The translations under genes and the position numbers were made by a program. Under the pieces are notes generated by a model. That model saw only the letters and a program-made list of their open reading frames with translations, had not been told where the DNA came from and did not search any database. Below are positions 54,886 to 64,000 of a stretch of DNA of 64,000 nucleotides, in pieces (position 1 is the stretch's first letter; each line of letters opens with the position of its first letter). Source of the stretch: Bacteroidaceae bacterium (GTDB lineage: Bacteria > Bacteroidota > Bacteroidia > Bacteroidales > Bacteroidaceae); assembly GCA_016284045.1 (NCBI GenBank), contig JAEEOB010000071.1, positions 2,394 through 66,393 of the forward strand, given 5' to 3'.

Positions 54886-55596
54886 TCACTTGTTAACGGC
54901 CTCGTTGAAATAGCTGAGCAAAAGCGCATTCTGCTCGTCTTTGGTTAGGTTGGAGTTGTCGATGACGATAGCATCATCCGCCTGCTTAAGCGGTGCGATA
55001 TCGCGGTGGGTGTCGAGATAATCGCGTTCCTGCACGTTTTTGAGTACCTCCTCGAAGGTCACATCCGTCTCACCTTTCTCCATCATCTCGTCGAAGCGCC
55101 GTTTGGCACGTACCTCAGGCGTGGCAGTGAGGAAAATCTTGAGTTCTGCCTTGGGGAAGACCGCCGTTCCGATGTCGCGTCCGTCCATCACAATCCCTTT
55201 CTTCTTTCCCATCGCCTTCTGCTGGCTGGTGAGGAATTCCCTGACGAACGAGAGCGCTGACACATTGCTGACATTATTTGAAACATCGAGTGTGCGTATC
55301 TCGCTTTCCACCACCTCACCGTTAAGACAAGCCATCGGCAGATTGTTCTCAGGGTTGAGCTGAAAGCTGACTGTGATTTTTCCGTCGCTGATATCCTGAG
55401 CGAGGCACTGTTCATCGACTGTCTTCTTATCGTCTGCCTCGCTTATCATGCCGTTACGCATGGCATAGAGCGTGACAACACGGTACATGGCACCTGTATC
55501 AACATAGATATACCCCACTTTCTTTGCCAGCTCCTTTGCCATGGTGCTTTTTCCGCAAGAGGAGAAGCCGTCGATAGCTACGATTATTTTTTTCAT
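54886..55596 (-). CDS. cmk: cytidylate kinase
   Basis: 236 aa. IVAIDGFSSCGKSTMAKELAKKVGYIYVDTGAMYR is typical of Cmk. Confidence 0.95.
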   Translation of the reverse strand: MKKIIVAIDGFSSCGKSTMAKELAKKVGYIYVDTGAMYRVVTLYAMRNGMISEADDKKTVDEQCLAQDISDGKITVSFQLNPENNLPMACLNGEVVESEIRTLDVSNNVSNVSALSFVREFLTSQQKAMGKKKGIVMDGRDIGTAVFPKAELKIFLTATPEVRAKRRFDEMMEKGETDVTFEEVLKNVQERDYLDTHRDIAPLKQADDAIVIDNSNLTKDEQNALLLSYFNEAVNK

Positions 55597-55620
55597 TTGC
55601 TTTTGTTTTATTAGGTATAG

Positions 55621-55670
55621 GAAAGCCTAGGATTATCTAGGAAAACCTAGGGAAACCTAGGAAAGCCTAT
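55621..55670. repeat. tandem decamer GRAAVCCTAG x5 (reverse complement of the nqr-spacer decamer)
   Basis: gaaagcctag gattatctag gaaaacctag ggaaacctag gaaagcctat in the secA-cmk spacer. Confidence 0.9.
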
Positions 55671-55693
55671 CAATAATAACTCTTTCAATCAGC

Positions 55694-58600
55694 TTACACG
55701 ATCCCTTTGCCGTGGCAGGCCTTGAATTTCTTTCCTGAACCGCAAGGGCACGGGTCGTTGCGTCCCACCTTCGGTCCGTTATTGACTACCGGTGTGCGCT
55801 GCTGAGCCTGCTGGCCGCGGTTGGCACCAGCACTTGCAGCCGCCTTCTGCATGGCTTTCTGAGTGTCGGAAAGCTCATCAAGGTTCTGCTGGTCAGTGCC
55901 AGACCGTCTGCCTCTCGCCTGCTGCTCCTGTGCCTGACGTACCTGATCAGGATCGGGCATCGGAAGGTTCACACGCATCAGCACGCTGATTGTCCCGTCG
56001 TTTATCGAGTTAATCATATTGTCGAAGAGGGTGACCGACTCGAGTTTGAAAATCACGAGCGGATCTTTCTGCTCGTAGCTGGCGTTCTGCACAGAGTGTT
56101 GCAATTCGTCAAGCTGACGGAGGTTCTCTTTCCACTCCTCGTCAATAGTATGCAGCAGGATGGCTTTCTCGAATGCAGTGATGATATTCTTACCCTCTGA
56201 TTCGTATGCCTCCTTAAGGGGCACTGAAATCTGATAGGTGCGGCGTCCGTCGGTGAGCGGTACGAGGATATTCTCATACTGATGTCCGCGGTTCTCATAT
56301 ACGTCCTTGATGACCGGCCATGCCGTCCGTGCGAGACGTTCGCCTCTCTCCTTGAATTTGGCGAGCACCTTCTCGTATGCCATCTCCTCACGGTTGTCGC
56401 GGCTGATGTCCTCATGTTCTTCGGCAGTGAACGGATATTCCATGGCGAAGACGGTGATGAAACGTTCTTTGCACTCGTCGTAGTCGTTGTTGCTCATAAT
56501 TCTGACCACGCGGTCCCATATCATGTTGGAGATATCCATGCCGATACGCTGTCCCATAAGGGCATGACGGCGGCGTTCATAAATCACCTTACGCTGCTTG
56601 TTCATCACGTCGTCGTACTCAAGCAGGCGCTTACGCACGCCGAAATGGTTTTCCTCCACCTTCTTCTGTGCACGCTCAATCGACTTGTTAATCATCGGGT
56701 GCTCTATCATCTCGCCGTCCTTAAATCCGAGACGGTCCATGATGCTGGCGATACGCTCGGAAGCGAAGAGACGCATGAGCTTATCCTCAAGCGACACATA
56801 GAACACTGATGATCCCGGGTCGCCCTGACGTCCTGAACGTCCTCTGAGCTGACGGTCCACACGGCGGCTCTCGTGGCGTTCCGTACCGATGATTGCAAGA
56901 CCTCCCGCCGCTTTCACCTCGGGCGAGAGCTTGATGTCGGTACCACGACCTGCCATGTTGGTTGCGATGGTGACGGTGGATGTCTGACCAGCCTGTGCCA
57001 CGATGTCCGCCTCCGCTTGATGGAGCTTGGCATTGAGCACGTTATGCTGGATATGACGCATGGTAAGCATCTTAGAGAGCATCTCGGAAATCTCCACGGA
57101 TGTGGTACCGACGAGCACCGGACGTCCTGCATCGATCATCTTCTGAATCTCCTCGATAACAGCCTTGTATTTCTCACGGTTCGTGCGATACACACGGTCG
57201 TTCATGTCGATACGTGCCACAGGTTTGTTTGTCGGGATTTCCACCACATCGAGCTTGTAGATATTCCAGAACTCACCAGCCTCTGTAATGGCAGTACCGG
57301 TCATGCCGGCGAGCTTATGATACATACGGAAGTAGTTCTGCAGGGTGATGGTGGCGAAAGTCTGTGTTGCAGCCTCCACCTTCACGCGCTCTTTCGCCTC
57401 GACCGCCTGATGGAGTCCGTCGCTCCAGCGGCGTCCCTCCATGATACGTCCTGTCTGCTCATCTACGATTTTCACCTCACCGTTCATCACCACATAGTCG
57501 TCGTCCTTGATGAACATGGTGTAGGCCTTGAGCAGCTGCTGCATGGTGTGCACACGCTCCGACTTGATGGCATAGTCCTGGATGATGGCATCTTTCTTCG
57601 CCAGACGCTCCTCCTCATCCATGGTCTGAGCATCGAGCTCGGCAAGCTGTCCTGTGATGTCGGGCAGCACGAAGAACTTGTCGTCTTTCACGATATTCGC
57701 CACGAGCTGGTTACCCTTGTCGGTCATGTCCACCTGCTTGAACTTCTCTTCCACCACGAAGAAGAGCGGGTCGGTGGCCTCATGCATGCGCCGGTTGTTG
57801 TTCTCCATATAGATAGCCTCGGTCTTGAGCAGTCCGCTCTTGATACCGTCCTCAGAGAGGAACTTGATGAGCGCATTGTTGCGGGGCATACCCTTATAGG
57901 CTCTGAAAAGAGCAAGGAATCCCTCCTCCACCTCTTTTTGGTTGTCAGAGTAAATCAGTTTCTTGGCAGTGGAAAGATAGTCATTGGTGAGCTTACGCTG
58001 AGCCTCGACGAGTTTCTCCACGATAGGGCAATACTCCTCGAACATCTGTACCTCCCCTTTCGGCACGGGACCGGAGATGATGAGCGGCGTACGTGCGTCG
58101 TCGATAAGCACGGAATCGACCTCATCGACGATGGCGTAGTTGTGAGCGCGCTGCACAAGCTCCTGCGGCTGCATCGCCATGTTGTCGCGGAGGTAGTCGA
58201 AACCGAACTCGTTGTTCGTACCGAAGGTGATGTCAGCCTGATAAGCCCTGCGACGTTCATCAGAGTTAGGCTTGTGCTTGTCGATACAATCGACGGAGAG
58301 TCCGTGGAACATATAGAGGGGTCCCATCCACTCGGAGTCACGCTTGGCGAGGTAGTCGTTGACGGTGACCACATGCACGCCGTTGCCTGTGAGCGCATTG
58401 AGGAACACAGGGAGGGTGGCGACGAGAGTCTTACCCTCACCAGTTGCCATCTCTGCAATCTTTCCCTGATGAAGCACTGCACCGCCGATAAGCTGCACGT
58501 CGTAGTGGATCATGTTCCATACCGTCTCGTTTCCTCCGGCTTCCCACGAGTTGAACCAGATGGCCTTGTCGTCCTCCACCTCCACGAAATCGTGGTCACG

Positions 58601-59017
58601 GGCGAGCTCACGGTCGAAGTCGGTGGCGGTCACCTCAATTTCCTCGTTCTCTGTGAACCGTCTTGCTGTCTCCTTCACAATAGCGAACACCTCGGGAAGA
58701 TAGCTGTTGAGCCCATCCTCAAAAATATCAAGAATCTCTTTCTCGATTTTGTCGATTTCATTGAATATCGGCTGTCTCTTCTCTATTTCGGTCTCCTGGA
58801 TTTTTTGGTTGAGCGCCTCGATCTCTTTCCGTTTCGGCTCCACCATCTTCTGCAGGTCGGCACGAATCTCTGCCGTCCTTGCCCTGAGCTCATCGTTGGT
58901 GAGCCGTTCGATGCCAGGATACACGGCATTCACTTTATCGACAATCGGGCGGAGAGCCTTCAGGTCTCTTGACGCCTTGTTGCCGAAAAGCTTGCTGATA
59001 AAACTTGTAAAACCCAT
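55694..59017 (-). CDS. secA: preprotein translocase ATPase SecA
   Basis: 1107 aa. Walker [33 protein letters not shown], and C-terminal zinc motif [14 protein letters not shown]. Confidence 0.98.
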   Translation of the reverse strand: MGFTSFISKLFGNKASRDLKALRPIVDKVNAVYPGIERLTNDELRARTAEIRADLQKMVEPKRKEIEALNQKIQETEIEKRQPIFNEIDKIEKEILDIFEDGLNSYLPEVFAIVKETARRFTENEEIEVTATDFDRELARDHDFVEVEDDKAIWFNSWEAGGNETVWNMIHYDVQLIGGAVLHQGKIAEMATGEGKTLVATLPVFLNALTGNGVHVVTVNDYLAKRDSEWMGPLYMFHGLSVDCIDKHKPNSDERRRAYQADITFGTNNEFGFDYLRDNMAMQPQELVQRAHNYAIVDEVDSVLIDDARTPLIISGPVPKGEVQMFEEYCPIVEKLVEAQRKLTNDYLSTAKKLIYSDNQKEVEEGFLALFRAYKGMPRNNALIKFLSEDGIKSGLLKTEAIYMENNNRRMHEATDPLFFVVEEKFKQVDMTDKGNQLVANIVKDDKFFVLPDITGQLAELDAQTMDEEERLAKKDAIIQDYAIKSERVHTMQQLLKAYTMFIKDDDYVVMNGEVKIVDEQTGRIMEGRRWSDGLHQAVEAKERVKVEAATQTFATITLQNYFRMYHKLAGMTGTAITEAGEFWNIYKLDVVEIPTNKPVARIDMNDRVYRTNREKYKAVIEEIQKMIDAGRPVLVGTTSVEISEMLSKMLTMRHIQHNVLNAKLHQAEADIVAQAGQTSTVTIATNMAGRGTDIKLSPEVKAAGGLAIIGTERHESRRVDRQLRGRSGRQGDPGSSVFYVSLEDKLMRLFASERIASIMDRLGFKDGEMIEHPMINKSIERAQKKVEENHFGVRKRLLEYDDVMNKQRKVIYERRRHALMGQRIGMDISNMIWDRVVRIMSNNDYDECKERFITVFAMEYPFTAEEHEDISRDNREEMAYEKVLAKFKERGERLARTAWPVIKDVYENRGHQYENILVPLTDGRRTYQISVPLKEAYESEGKNIITAFEKAILLHTIDEEWKENLRQLDELQHSVQNASYEQKDPLVIFKLESVTLFDNMINSINDGTISVLMRVNLPMPDPDQVRQAQEQQARGRRSGTDQQNLDELSDTQKAMQKAAASAGANRGQQAQQRTPVVNNGPKVGRNDPCPCGSGKKFKACHGKGIV

Positions 59018-59029
59018 TATATTTATTTA

Positions 59030-59140
59030 CTATTTAATAATTTACTATTTTACGATTTATTTATAATTACGATTTAATAATTTACGATTTACGATTTTTT
59101 TTATAATTAAGATTTAATAATTTACGATTTACGATTTATT
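59030..59140. repeat. AT-rich array of ATTTACGATT words (AATCGTAAAT in the secA sense)
   Basis: tttacgatttatttataattacgatttaataatttacgatttacgatttttttt ataattaagatttaataatttacgatttacgattt, immediately upstream of the secA ATG. Confidence 0.85.
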
Positions 59141-59246
59141 TATAGGAACTGCTTAAACGGAAGTGAGTGCAAGTGTAAAAGTGGAAGTAAAACTGTAACA
59201 TAGATCAGGACATGATTACATTAACAGAGTAAATACACTATTTACT

Positions 59247-59390
59247 TCGTAGAATCTTGTCACGACTCGGCAGAATTTAAGCAAGCTTATTCTGCTCTCG
59301 CTGCTCCAAGATTTCACATCGTAGAATCTTGTCACGACTCGGCAGAATTTAAGCAAGCTTATTCTGCTCTCGCTGCTCCAAGATTTCACT
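59247..59390. repeat. 72-bp tandem duplication (71/72 identical) spanning the 3' end of the DUF4105 gene
   Basis: 59247-59318 and 59319-59390 differ only at the last base. The second copy holds the last 13 codons plus the stop. Confidence 0.95.
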
Positions 59391-60719
59391 ATTCACATCT
59401 TTTCCCCTTCCACAGATTTTTCCGAGAACGACGATACGGGTCACTGACCTTACTAGCAAAGTCAATACCAGCGGCAGCATGGCGATATTGAGCGACTGGA
59501 TCGGCGCGACAAAAAGTGCGAGTGTAAACACAAGCACTGACAGATTGACAAGTTCAAACCAGTCGTACTGCCTGCCTTTGATGGTGACGCATGCCATGAA
59601 CCGCTTCTGCCATGTGGAGAACACCACGTCGGGAATCATGATGAACACGAGGGGGTTGAATGCCGCCACGAGCCAGTTGGAGCCCACAGCCGGATGCTCG
59701 CTGAAAAAGAAGAGGAAGGCGACGAGGAACCCCGCCAGTCCGCGGATGAAGAAGCCGGTGATGTCGAGCCATGTTGACAGCTTGCCTCTCCGGATGTCCA
59801 CCCATGCCATGATGCAGACGAACACCAGCAGGATAAGGAACGTGGCGAGCGGTGAGAGGGGGAAGTTGGCAGTCTGCTCGAGTGTTCCGACTGGCGGGAT
59901 GGTAGTCTTTTCCTCCACCATCTTCGTCTGTGTGCCGTCGGCATGCTGAATGACCGCATCGTCCAGCTCCGCCTCGTAGATGAACGGGATGAACATCTGC
60001 TCCTCCTGTGTGCGTGGGCTGTCCACCTCTGAGCCCAGCACGAAGTCGATGCCGAACTCGAGCCATGGCGACGGTGCGGTATATCTGTGGAGTATCTGGC
60101 GGAAGGTGGTCTGCTCATAGTCAGCGTCCTTCTTCGCATACACCACCCTGTCGCCTGTCTGCTCCACGGCTTTCTCCACGATTTTCGCCGCACGGGTGGT
60201 GCAGTTGTCGTAGAGGAAATTATAGCGGTAGGTGCGGTTTTCTTTCTGTGCGTTGATTTCCAGCAGTCGTGTCAGCTCCTGTTTCTGTGCGTCTGTGAGG
60301 TTGAGCACCTGCTCACGCATCGGTATGCCGTAGTATTCGCTGTAGCGTCCGAGGAAATATGCCGCCTTATCGACGGAGAGCACGTAGTCGGTCTCACCTT
60401 TCACGAAATAATAGATGAAGTTGTCGCGTCGGCTGTCGAACACCCCGTAGTTATAGGCGAAGTCGTAAAGCGGGTTGTTGAGGTCGCGGATGCGTAGTGC
60501 GGTATGTCCGAACATCTGATAGGCATCGGATCCGGGGTCGCAAGTGATAAGCGTCACCTGCAGGTTCATGCCTGTGGTGTCGCCCACCTCCTCGATTTCC
60601 GGTTCCAGGCTGCTGTTTTCCTGCGCCTTATCCAGACGGCTGTCCTCCTGCGCCTTCAACGTCAGAACCGACAACAACACCATAACCGTCAAGAGGAATA
60701 AATGCCTAATTTTTATCAT
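59349..60719 (-). CDS. DUF4105 (Lnb N-terminal periplasmic domain) membrane protein
   Basis: 456 aa. Signal peptide present. TLITCDPGSDAYQMFGHTALRI is typical of DUF4105. The C-terminal half has several TM helices. Confidence 0.85.
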   Translation of the reverse strand: MIKIRHLFLLTVMVLLSVLTLKAQEDSRLDKAQENSSLEPEIEEVGDTTGMNLQVTLITCDPGSDAYQMFGHTALRIRDLNNPLYDFAYNYGVFDSRRDNFIYYFVKGETDYVLSVDKAAYFLGRYSEYYGIPMREQVLNLTDAQKQELTRLLEINAQKENRTYRYNFLYDNCTTRAAKIVEKAVEQTGDRVVYAKKDADYEQTTFRQILHRYTAPSPWLEFGIDFVLGSEVDSPRTQEEQMFIPFIYEAELDDAVIQHADGTQTKMVEEKTTIPPVGTLEQTANFPLSPLATFLILLVFVCIMAWVDIRRGKLSTWLDITGFFIRGLAGFLVAFLFFFSEHPAVGSNWLVAAFNPLVFIMIPDVVFSTWQKRFMACVTIKGRQYDWFELVNLSVLVFTLALFVAPIQSLNIAMLPLVLTLLVRSVTRIVVLGKICGRGKDVNSEILEQREQNKLA

Positions 60720-60747
60720 TCTCTTCTTTTTATCGCCTTAGAACTTG

Positions 60748-60755
60748 CAAAGTTA
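60748..60755 (-). promoter_or_regulatory. candidate -7 box TAACTTTG for the DUF4105 gene
   Basis: Plus strand reads caaagtta, ~30 nt upstream of the ATG. Confidence 0.45.
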
Positions 60756-60873
60756 CGAATAAGTGAGCGAAAAACCAAATTTTGGAGCAGCGAATGTAAA
60801 GATTAGCTCGCTTTATCTTTACTTAAAGGCTTACCGTTTTCCGAAAACGTCAGAAACGGACGAAAATTCAGCG

Positions 60874-60881
60874 TAACTTTG
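60874..60881 (+). promoter_or_regulatory. candidate -7 box TAACTTTG for the 60928 gene
   Basis: ~47 nt upstream of the ATG at 60928. Confidence 0.45.
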
Positions 60882-60927
60882 CAGCGGAAACAAGAAAAAT
60901 ACGGAATATAAACAATACACAAATCCC

Positions 60928-61545
60928 ATGACCATCGATTTTCAGGACATTTTTGAGCGTTGCATGATGGAGAGTGCCTATATCGGACGTAATGCTGCGC
61001 AGGAGGCGAGCGACGCGGCCCGCGGCACAACCGACGAGAAGGTATTCTCAAGCCAGTATGCGGGCAAGTTCAGACAACTGCGGATCCGGGAATTCGACAA
61101 CGAGCTGATGAAGAGCTTTATCCGTGAGGGAGCCCACCTGACCGAGAGCCGGCTGAGCGCGCTGATGAGCAGTCAGGGCAAATACAGCAGCGAGACCGTC
61201 GTCTGGCATTTCGGGACGAGGCAGAATCCGCCCCATTTTCCTCCCCCCTTTTTTGACCCGGATGCAGAGGAATCCACAGTCCATATTCCAGATGCGAGCC
61301 ATGGCAATCTGAACCAAAACCAGGGCGGCTTGGACGAAAGTCGTGGAAATTCAGATGAAAGCCAAGGACTGTATGGTCTGCTGGAAGACCTGTTGACCGC
61401 CTACGCCCTGTGGCGTTGGCTGGCGGACAAAGCACCGGAGCTGTCAGCCCTCTATGCCTCTAAATGGAACGACGGCATCGAGCAGGTGAAAACGATGGTG
61501 TTTGCCCAGGGACTGCGGAAACCAGTGAAACAACGAGGGGAATAA
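60928..61545 (+). CDS. hypothetical cytoplasmic protein
   Basis: 205 aa with no TM helix or signal peptide and no family recognised. Has its own -7 box. The central region is low-complexity (PPHFPPPFFDPD...NQNQGG). Confidence 0.55.
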   Translation: MTIDFQDIFERCMMESAYIGRNAAQEASDAARGTTDEKVFSSQYAGKFRQLRIREFDNELMKSFIREGAHLTESRLSALMSSQGKYSSETVVWHFGTRQNPPHFPPPFFDPDAEESTVHIPDASHGNLNQNQGGLDESRGNSDESQGLYGLLEDLLTAYALWRWLADKAPELSALYASKWNDGIEQVKTMVFAQGLRKPVKQRGE

Positions 61546-61556
61546 CCGGCGTATTT

Positions 61557-61684
61557 TGGTTTGTAGTTGATAGTTTATAGTTTGTAGTTTTTAATAGTCA
61601 TGCGGATGTTCTTGTTTTCATCCGTCTTCGGGCATTTAGCCCTCGACGTCTGACACGGTCGGGACGACCATGCCCCCAGCCGAA
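61557..61684 (-). repeat. structured repeat family 3, copy 2 (inverted)
   Basis: The reverse complement reads ttcggctgggggcatggtcgtcccgaccgtgtcagacgtcgagggctaaatgcccgaagacggatgaaaacaagaacatccgcatgactattaaaaactacaaactataaactatcaactacaaacc. Confidence 0.85.
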
Positions 61685-61726
61685 TTGCATCATTTTTTTT
61701 CCGCCGTATTGTGTGTGATTTCTTTC

Positions 61727-61755
61727 GGGAAGCCCTTTTATTTTTTGGGCTTCCC
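61727..61755. terminator. 9-bp-stem hairpin GGGAAGCCC-N11-GGGCTTCCC between convergent genes
   Basis: Read directly from the sequence. The T-rich loop and weak T-tracts make a bidirectional terminator role uncertain. Confidence 0.4.
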
Positions 61756-61813
61756 TCTTAAAATCACACCCAATCCGGCTTTAATTGAGCTCCATATTTT
61801 TTTGAAGTGGGAA

Positions 61814-63592
61814 CTAAAGGGCAAGACGAAGGCCGAGGAGGCCGTCGCGGTTGTCAGGCGCGTAGCCGTGGCGGCGAGCCACACGGCAGCGCCTGGCGCG
61901 GCCGTACCAGCTTCCGCCCCGGTGCACACGGTTGGAGCCCGACGAAGGACCTTGCGGGTTGAAAGACGGGCTTTGTGCATAATAATTCTCACCATACCAG
62001 TCACTGCACCATTCCCACACATTGCCCGACATATCGTAGATGCCAAGTTCGTTCGGGGATTTTGTGGCAATGTTGTGAGTCTGGCAATTATTTGATTGAA
62101 TCTTATCATAATCCCAATCATCATCTGTGCCTGAAAGGAATTTCATACCGCTATTCTGCCAATACCAAGCCACATCAATAAGATTGTTGCTGCCTGCGTA
62201 CTTGTAGCCACGGCTCTTGGAGCCTCCTCTTGCGGCAAACTCCCACTCTGCCTCAGTGGGCAAACGGAAACGTTGACCAGTCATGCTGTTCAGCTTAGTG
62301 ATGAATTTTTGGCAGTCCTTCCAGGACACTTGTTCCACAGGCAGCTTAGCACCTTTGAAACATGAAGGATTGTCGCCCATCACAGACTGCCAGAGCTCCT
62401 GAGTCACCTCGGTCTGACCGATGTAATAGCCGCTGAGCGTCACACGGTGGGCAGGTTTCTCATCATCAAATGCTTCAATCCCCTGCTCAGCCGTCGCTCC
62501 CATCGTAAATGTGCCGCCCTCCACAGGAATCATTGTAAACGATACGCCCTTCACTTTGAATGTCTTTGGCTGGGGTTTAGCCACAGTGGCGTCGGCAACC
62601 GTCACCGGGGCTATGGTTGTCTGGTTGGAAGGATTATAGACCGTATTTGCCAGACTGCCATAGACCGTGGAATTATTATCGTCAGCAGGGGGCGGCGTCA
62701 CCACCCTGTTCAGTTCCGCCTCCACCTCATCGACACTTTGCGGACGGTTGACATATACCGGGCTCATCATGTGGATGACCAGCCTGCGCATCTGCTGCGA
62801 CACCGTATCGGGGAAGGAGAATGCCTGCGACTGCCTGACGCTGATATCGTCGCTGAGCGGCGGGCGGTTGCCGGTGAGCAGGTTGTAAATCGTGGCGCCC
62901 AACGCATAGATGTCGGTCCACGGCCCCCAGTAGTCTCTGTTTCCGTTCACCTGCTCCATCGGCGCATATCCCGGTGTCTGGGCGATGACAGACGAGGTGG
63001 TGCCTACGCTGTCCATATCCGTCTGCTTGCTCGCGCCGAAGTCGATGAGTGTGCATCTGCCCGACGCGTCCATCATGATGTTACCCGGTTTGATGTCCAT
63101 GTGCCATATCTGACTGGCGTGGATGCAGCGAAGCGCGTCGGTCATCTGAATCAGGAAGTCGCGGCACTGCTGTTCGCTGAACGGATGCCCCTGTGCCTTC
63201 ATCAGCCGGCTGAGCGAATTGCCTTCAATATAGTCCATCACATAATAGACCGTGTTATTCTCCTCGAACAGGTCGTGCACACGCACGATATGGTCGTTGT
63301 GGAGTTTGAAGATCCGCTGCGCCTCCTTCTTGAATTTCGCCTTTGCCAACTCAAACGTGGATTTCATCATGGGGTTACTCACTTGCACGATATATGCGTT
63401 GTAGTCACGGTGGTTCACGCCGCTCATAAAGAACTCCTTGATGGCACATTTCGCATCAAAAGACGTGCTTACCGCCTCGTAGGTGTTGCCGAAACCGCCC
63501 GATGCGAGATGGCGGACAATGCGGTACCTGCCGTTGCTGAGCATCGTGTCGCCGGCAAGCATGTCCTTCTTTGATGATCTGTCCTGGTTCAT
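61814..63592 (-). CDS. Hanks-type Ser/Thr protein kinase fused to an FGE-sulfatase (SUMF1-like) domain
   Basis: 592 aa. Kinase motifs: G-loop ASGGFGNTY, CAIKEF, HMDIKPGN (non-RD), IDFGAS, GYAPMEQ. FGE-like motifs: RLPTEAEWEFAARGG, GNVWEWCSDWY, RVHRGGSW. No TM helix or signal peptide. Confidence 0.9.
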   Translation of the reverse strand: MNQDRSSKKDMLAGDTMLSNGRYRIVRHLASGGFGNTYEAVSTSFDAKCAIKEFFMSGVNHRDYNAYIVQVSNPMMKSTFELAKAKFKKEAQRIFKLHNDHIVRVHDLFEENNTVYYVMDYIEGNSLSRLMKAQGHPFSEQQCRDFLIQMTDALRCIHASQIWHMDIKPGNIMMDASGRCTLIDFGASKQTDMDSVGTTSSVIAQTPGYAPMEQVNGNRDYWGPWTDIYALGATIYNLLTGNRPPLSDDISVRQSQAFSFPDTVSQQMRRLVIHMMSPVYVNRPQSVDEVEAELNRVVTPPPADDNNSTVYGSLANTVYNPSNQTTIAPVTVADATVAKPQPKTFKVKGVSFTMIPVEGGTFTMGATAEQGIEAFDDEKPAHRVTLSGYYIGQTEVTQELWQSVMGDNPSCFKGAKLPVEQVSWKDCQKFITKLNSMTGQRFRLPTEAEWEFAARGGSKSRGYKYAGSNNLIDVAWYWQNSGMKFLSGTDDDWDYDKIQSNNCQTHNIATKSPNELGIYDMSGNVWEWCSDWYGENYYAQSPSFNPQGPSSGSNRVHRGGSWYGRARRCRVARRHGYAPDNRDGLLGLRLAL

Positions 63593-63819
63593 TGGCTATT
63601 TTTTTGTATGGAGTTAATTCTTATTTGGAGTTAATTTTCTGAGAAAAAGGAAGTACACCAGCCACATTGAACCCATCCACTTGGGGGTGCGGTCATCTTG
63701 ACCGCATCAGCGTGTGCGAAGCACTGCAAAACATATCTTCTGTAAATCACAGGATAAGGGTGGGATCACATTCAAATTCTGCTACTGACAAAACTGATGC
63801 AGGTGGAAGCACAGAAAGG

Positions 63820-63924
63820 TTCGGCTGGGGGCATGGTTGTCCCGACCGTGCCAGCCGTCGAGGGCAAAATGCCCGAAGACGGATGAAAAAAACATCCGTA
63901 GGGCTACTTAAAACTATAAACAAC
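63820..63924 (+). repeat. structured repeat family 3, copy 3
   Basis: ttcggctgggggcatggttgtcccgaccgtgccagccgtcgagggcaaaatgcccgaagacggatgaaaaaaacatccgtagggctacttaaaactataaac. Confidence 0.85.
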
Positions 63925-63954
63925 AGTCTGACCGTGCTGCGCCGGTCTAATTGT

Positions 63955-63984
63955 GCGGTCGGGATGACCACAAACCCAGCCGAG
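63955..63984 (-). repeat. structured repeat family 3, partial inverted copy at the window edge
   Basis: The reverse complement reads tcggctgggtttgtggtcatcccgaccgc, which matches the head of the family. Confidence 0.6.
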
Positions 63985-64000
63985 GACAGACGGGCTGCGG

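Noticed and set aside
56873-58972. 699-aa ORF on the plus strand
   Set aside because: It lies entirely antisense within secA, whose identity is unambiguous. Its H/L/V/D/G-rich composition with no recognisable motif is typical of a mirror-frame artefact in a codon-biased gene.
62447-63574. 375-aa plus-strand ORF
   Set aside because: It is antisense within the kinase-FGE gene. The sequence is Arg/His/Val-rich and low-information.

Overview
64 kb chromosomal segment that looks like a Bacteroidales genome: TAnnTTTG -7 boxes, no Shine-Dalgarno sequences, Na+-NQR, a hybrid two-component regulator, many glycoside hydrolases, roughly 50% GC by eye. Core content: rplM-rpsI-rpsB-tsf; nqrABCDEF; an arylpyruvate module (iorAB, aminotransferase, two phenylacetate-CoA ligases, ACT protein); a 2-hydroxyacid dehydrogenase; flippase plus GT2; two YkuD L,D-transpeptidases; an HTCS-linked glycan locus (CBM/dockerin protein, GH5, GH43, GH29, GH43) with no SusC/SusD; trmN6, ispH, cmk, secA; a DUF4105 membrane protein; and a Hanks kinase-FGE fusion. 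No rRNA, tRNA or CRISPR was seen. Most interesting: (1) An IS200/RAYT-type HUH transposase is bracketed by REPIN-like doublets that follow the 5'-GTAG+hairpin REP grammar, and a copy of the hairpin lies in frame inside its own ORF. Two further GTAG-hairpin repeat families are scattered through the window; one supplies the stop codons of two genes and another brackets the kinase gene in inverted orientation. (2) Four secreted proteins carry type-I dockerin repeats, including a 106-aa dockerin-only protein. (3) An AT-rich four-helix-bundle (Avd / IVS-protein-like) gene is wedged between nqrE and nqrF. (4) Nearly every operon-internal spacer is filled with 7-10 bp period word repeats (CCTAGG decamers, AATCGTAAAT, CTATAAAC and others). 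All family names rest on motif recognition by eye; no database or HMM search was run. Coordinates of non-coding elements were anchored to ORF-track coordinates and may be off by 1-2 nt.
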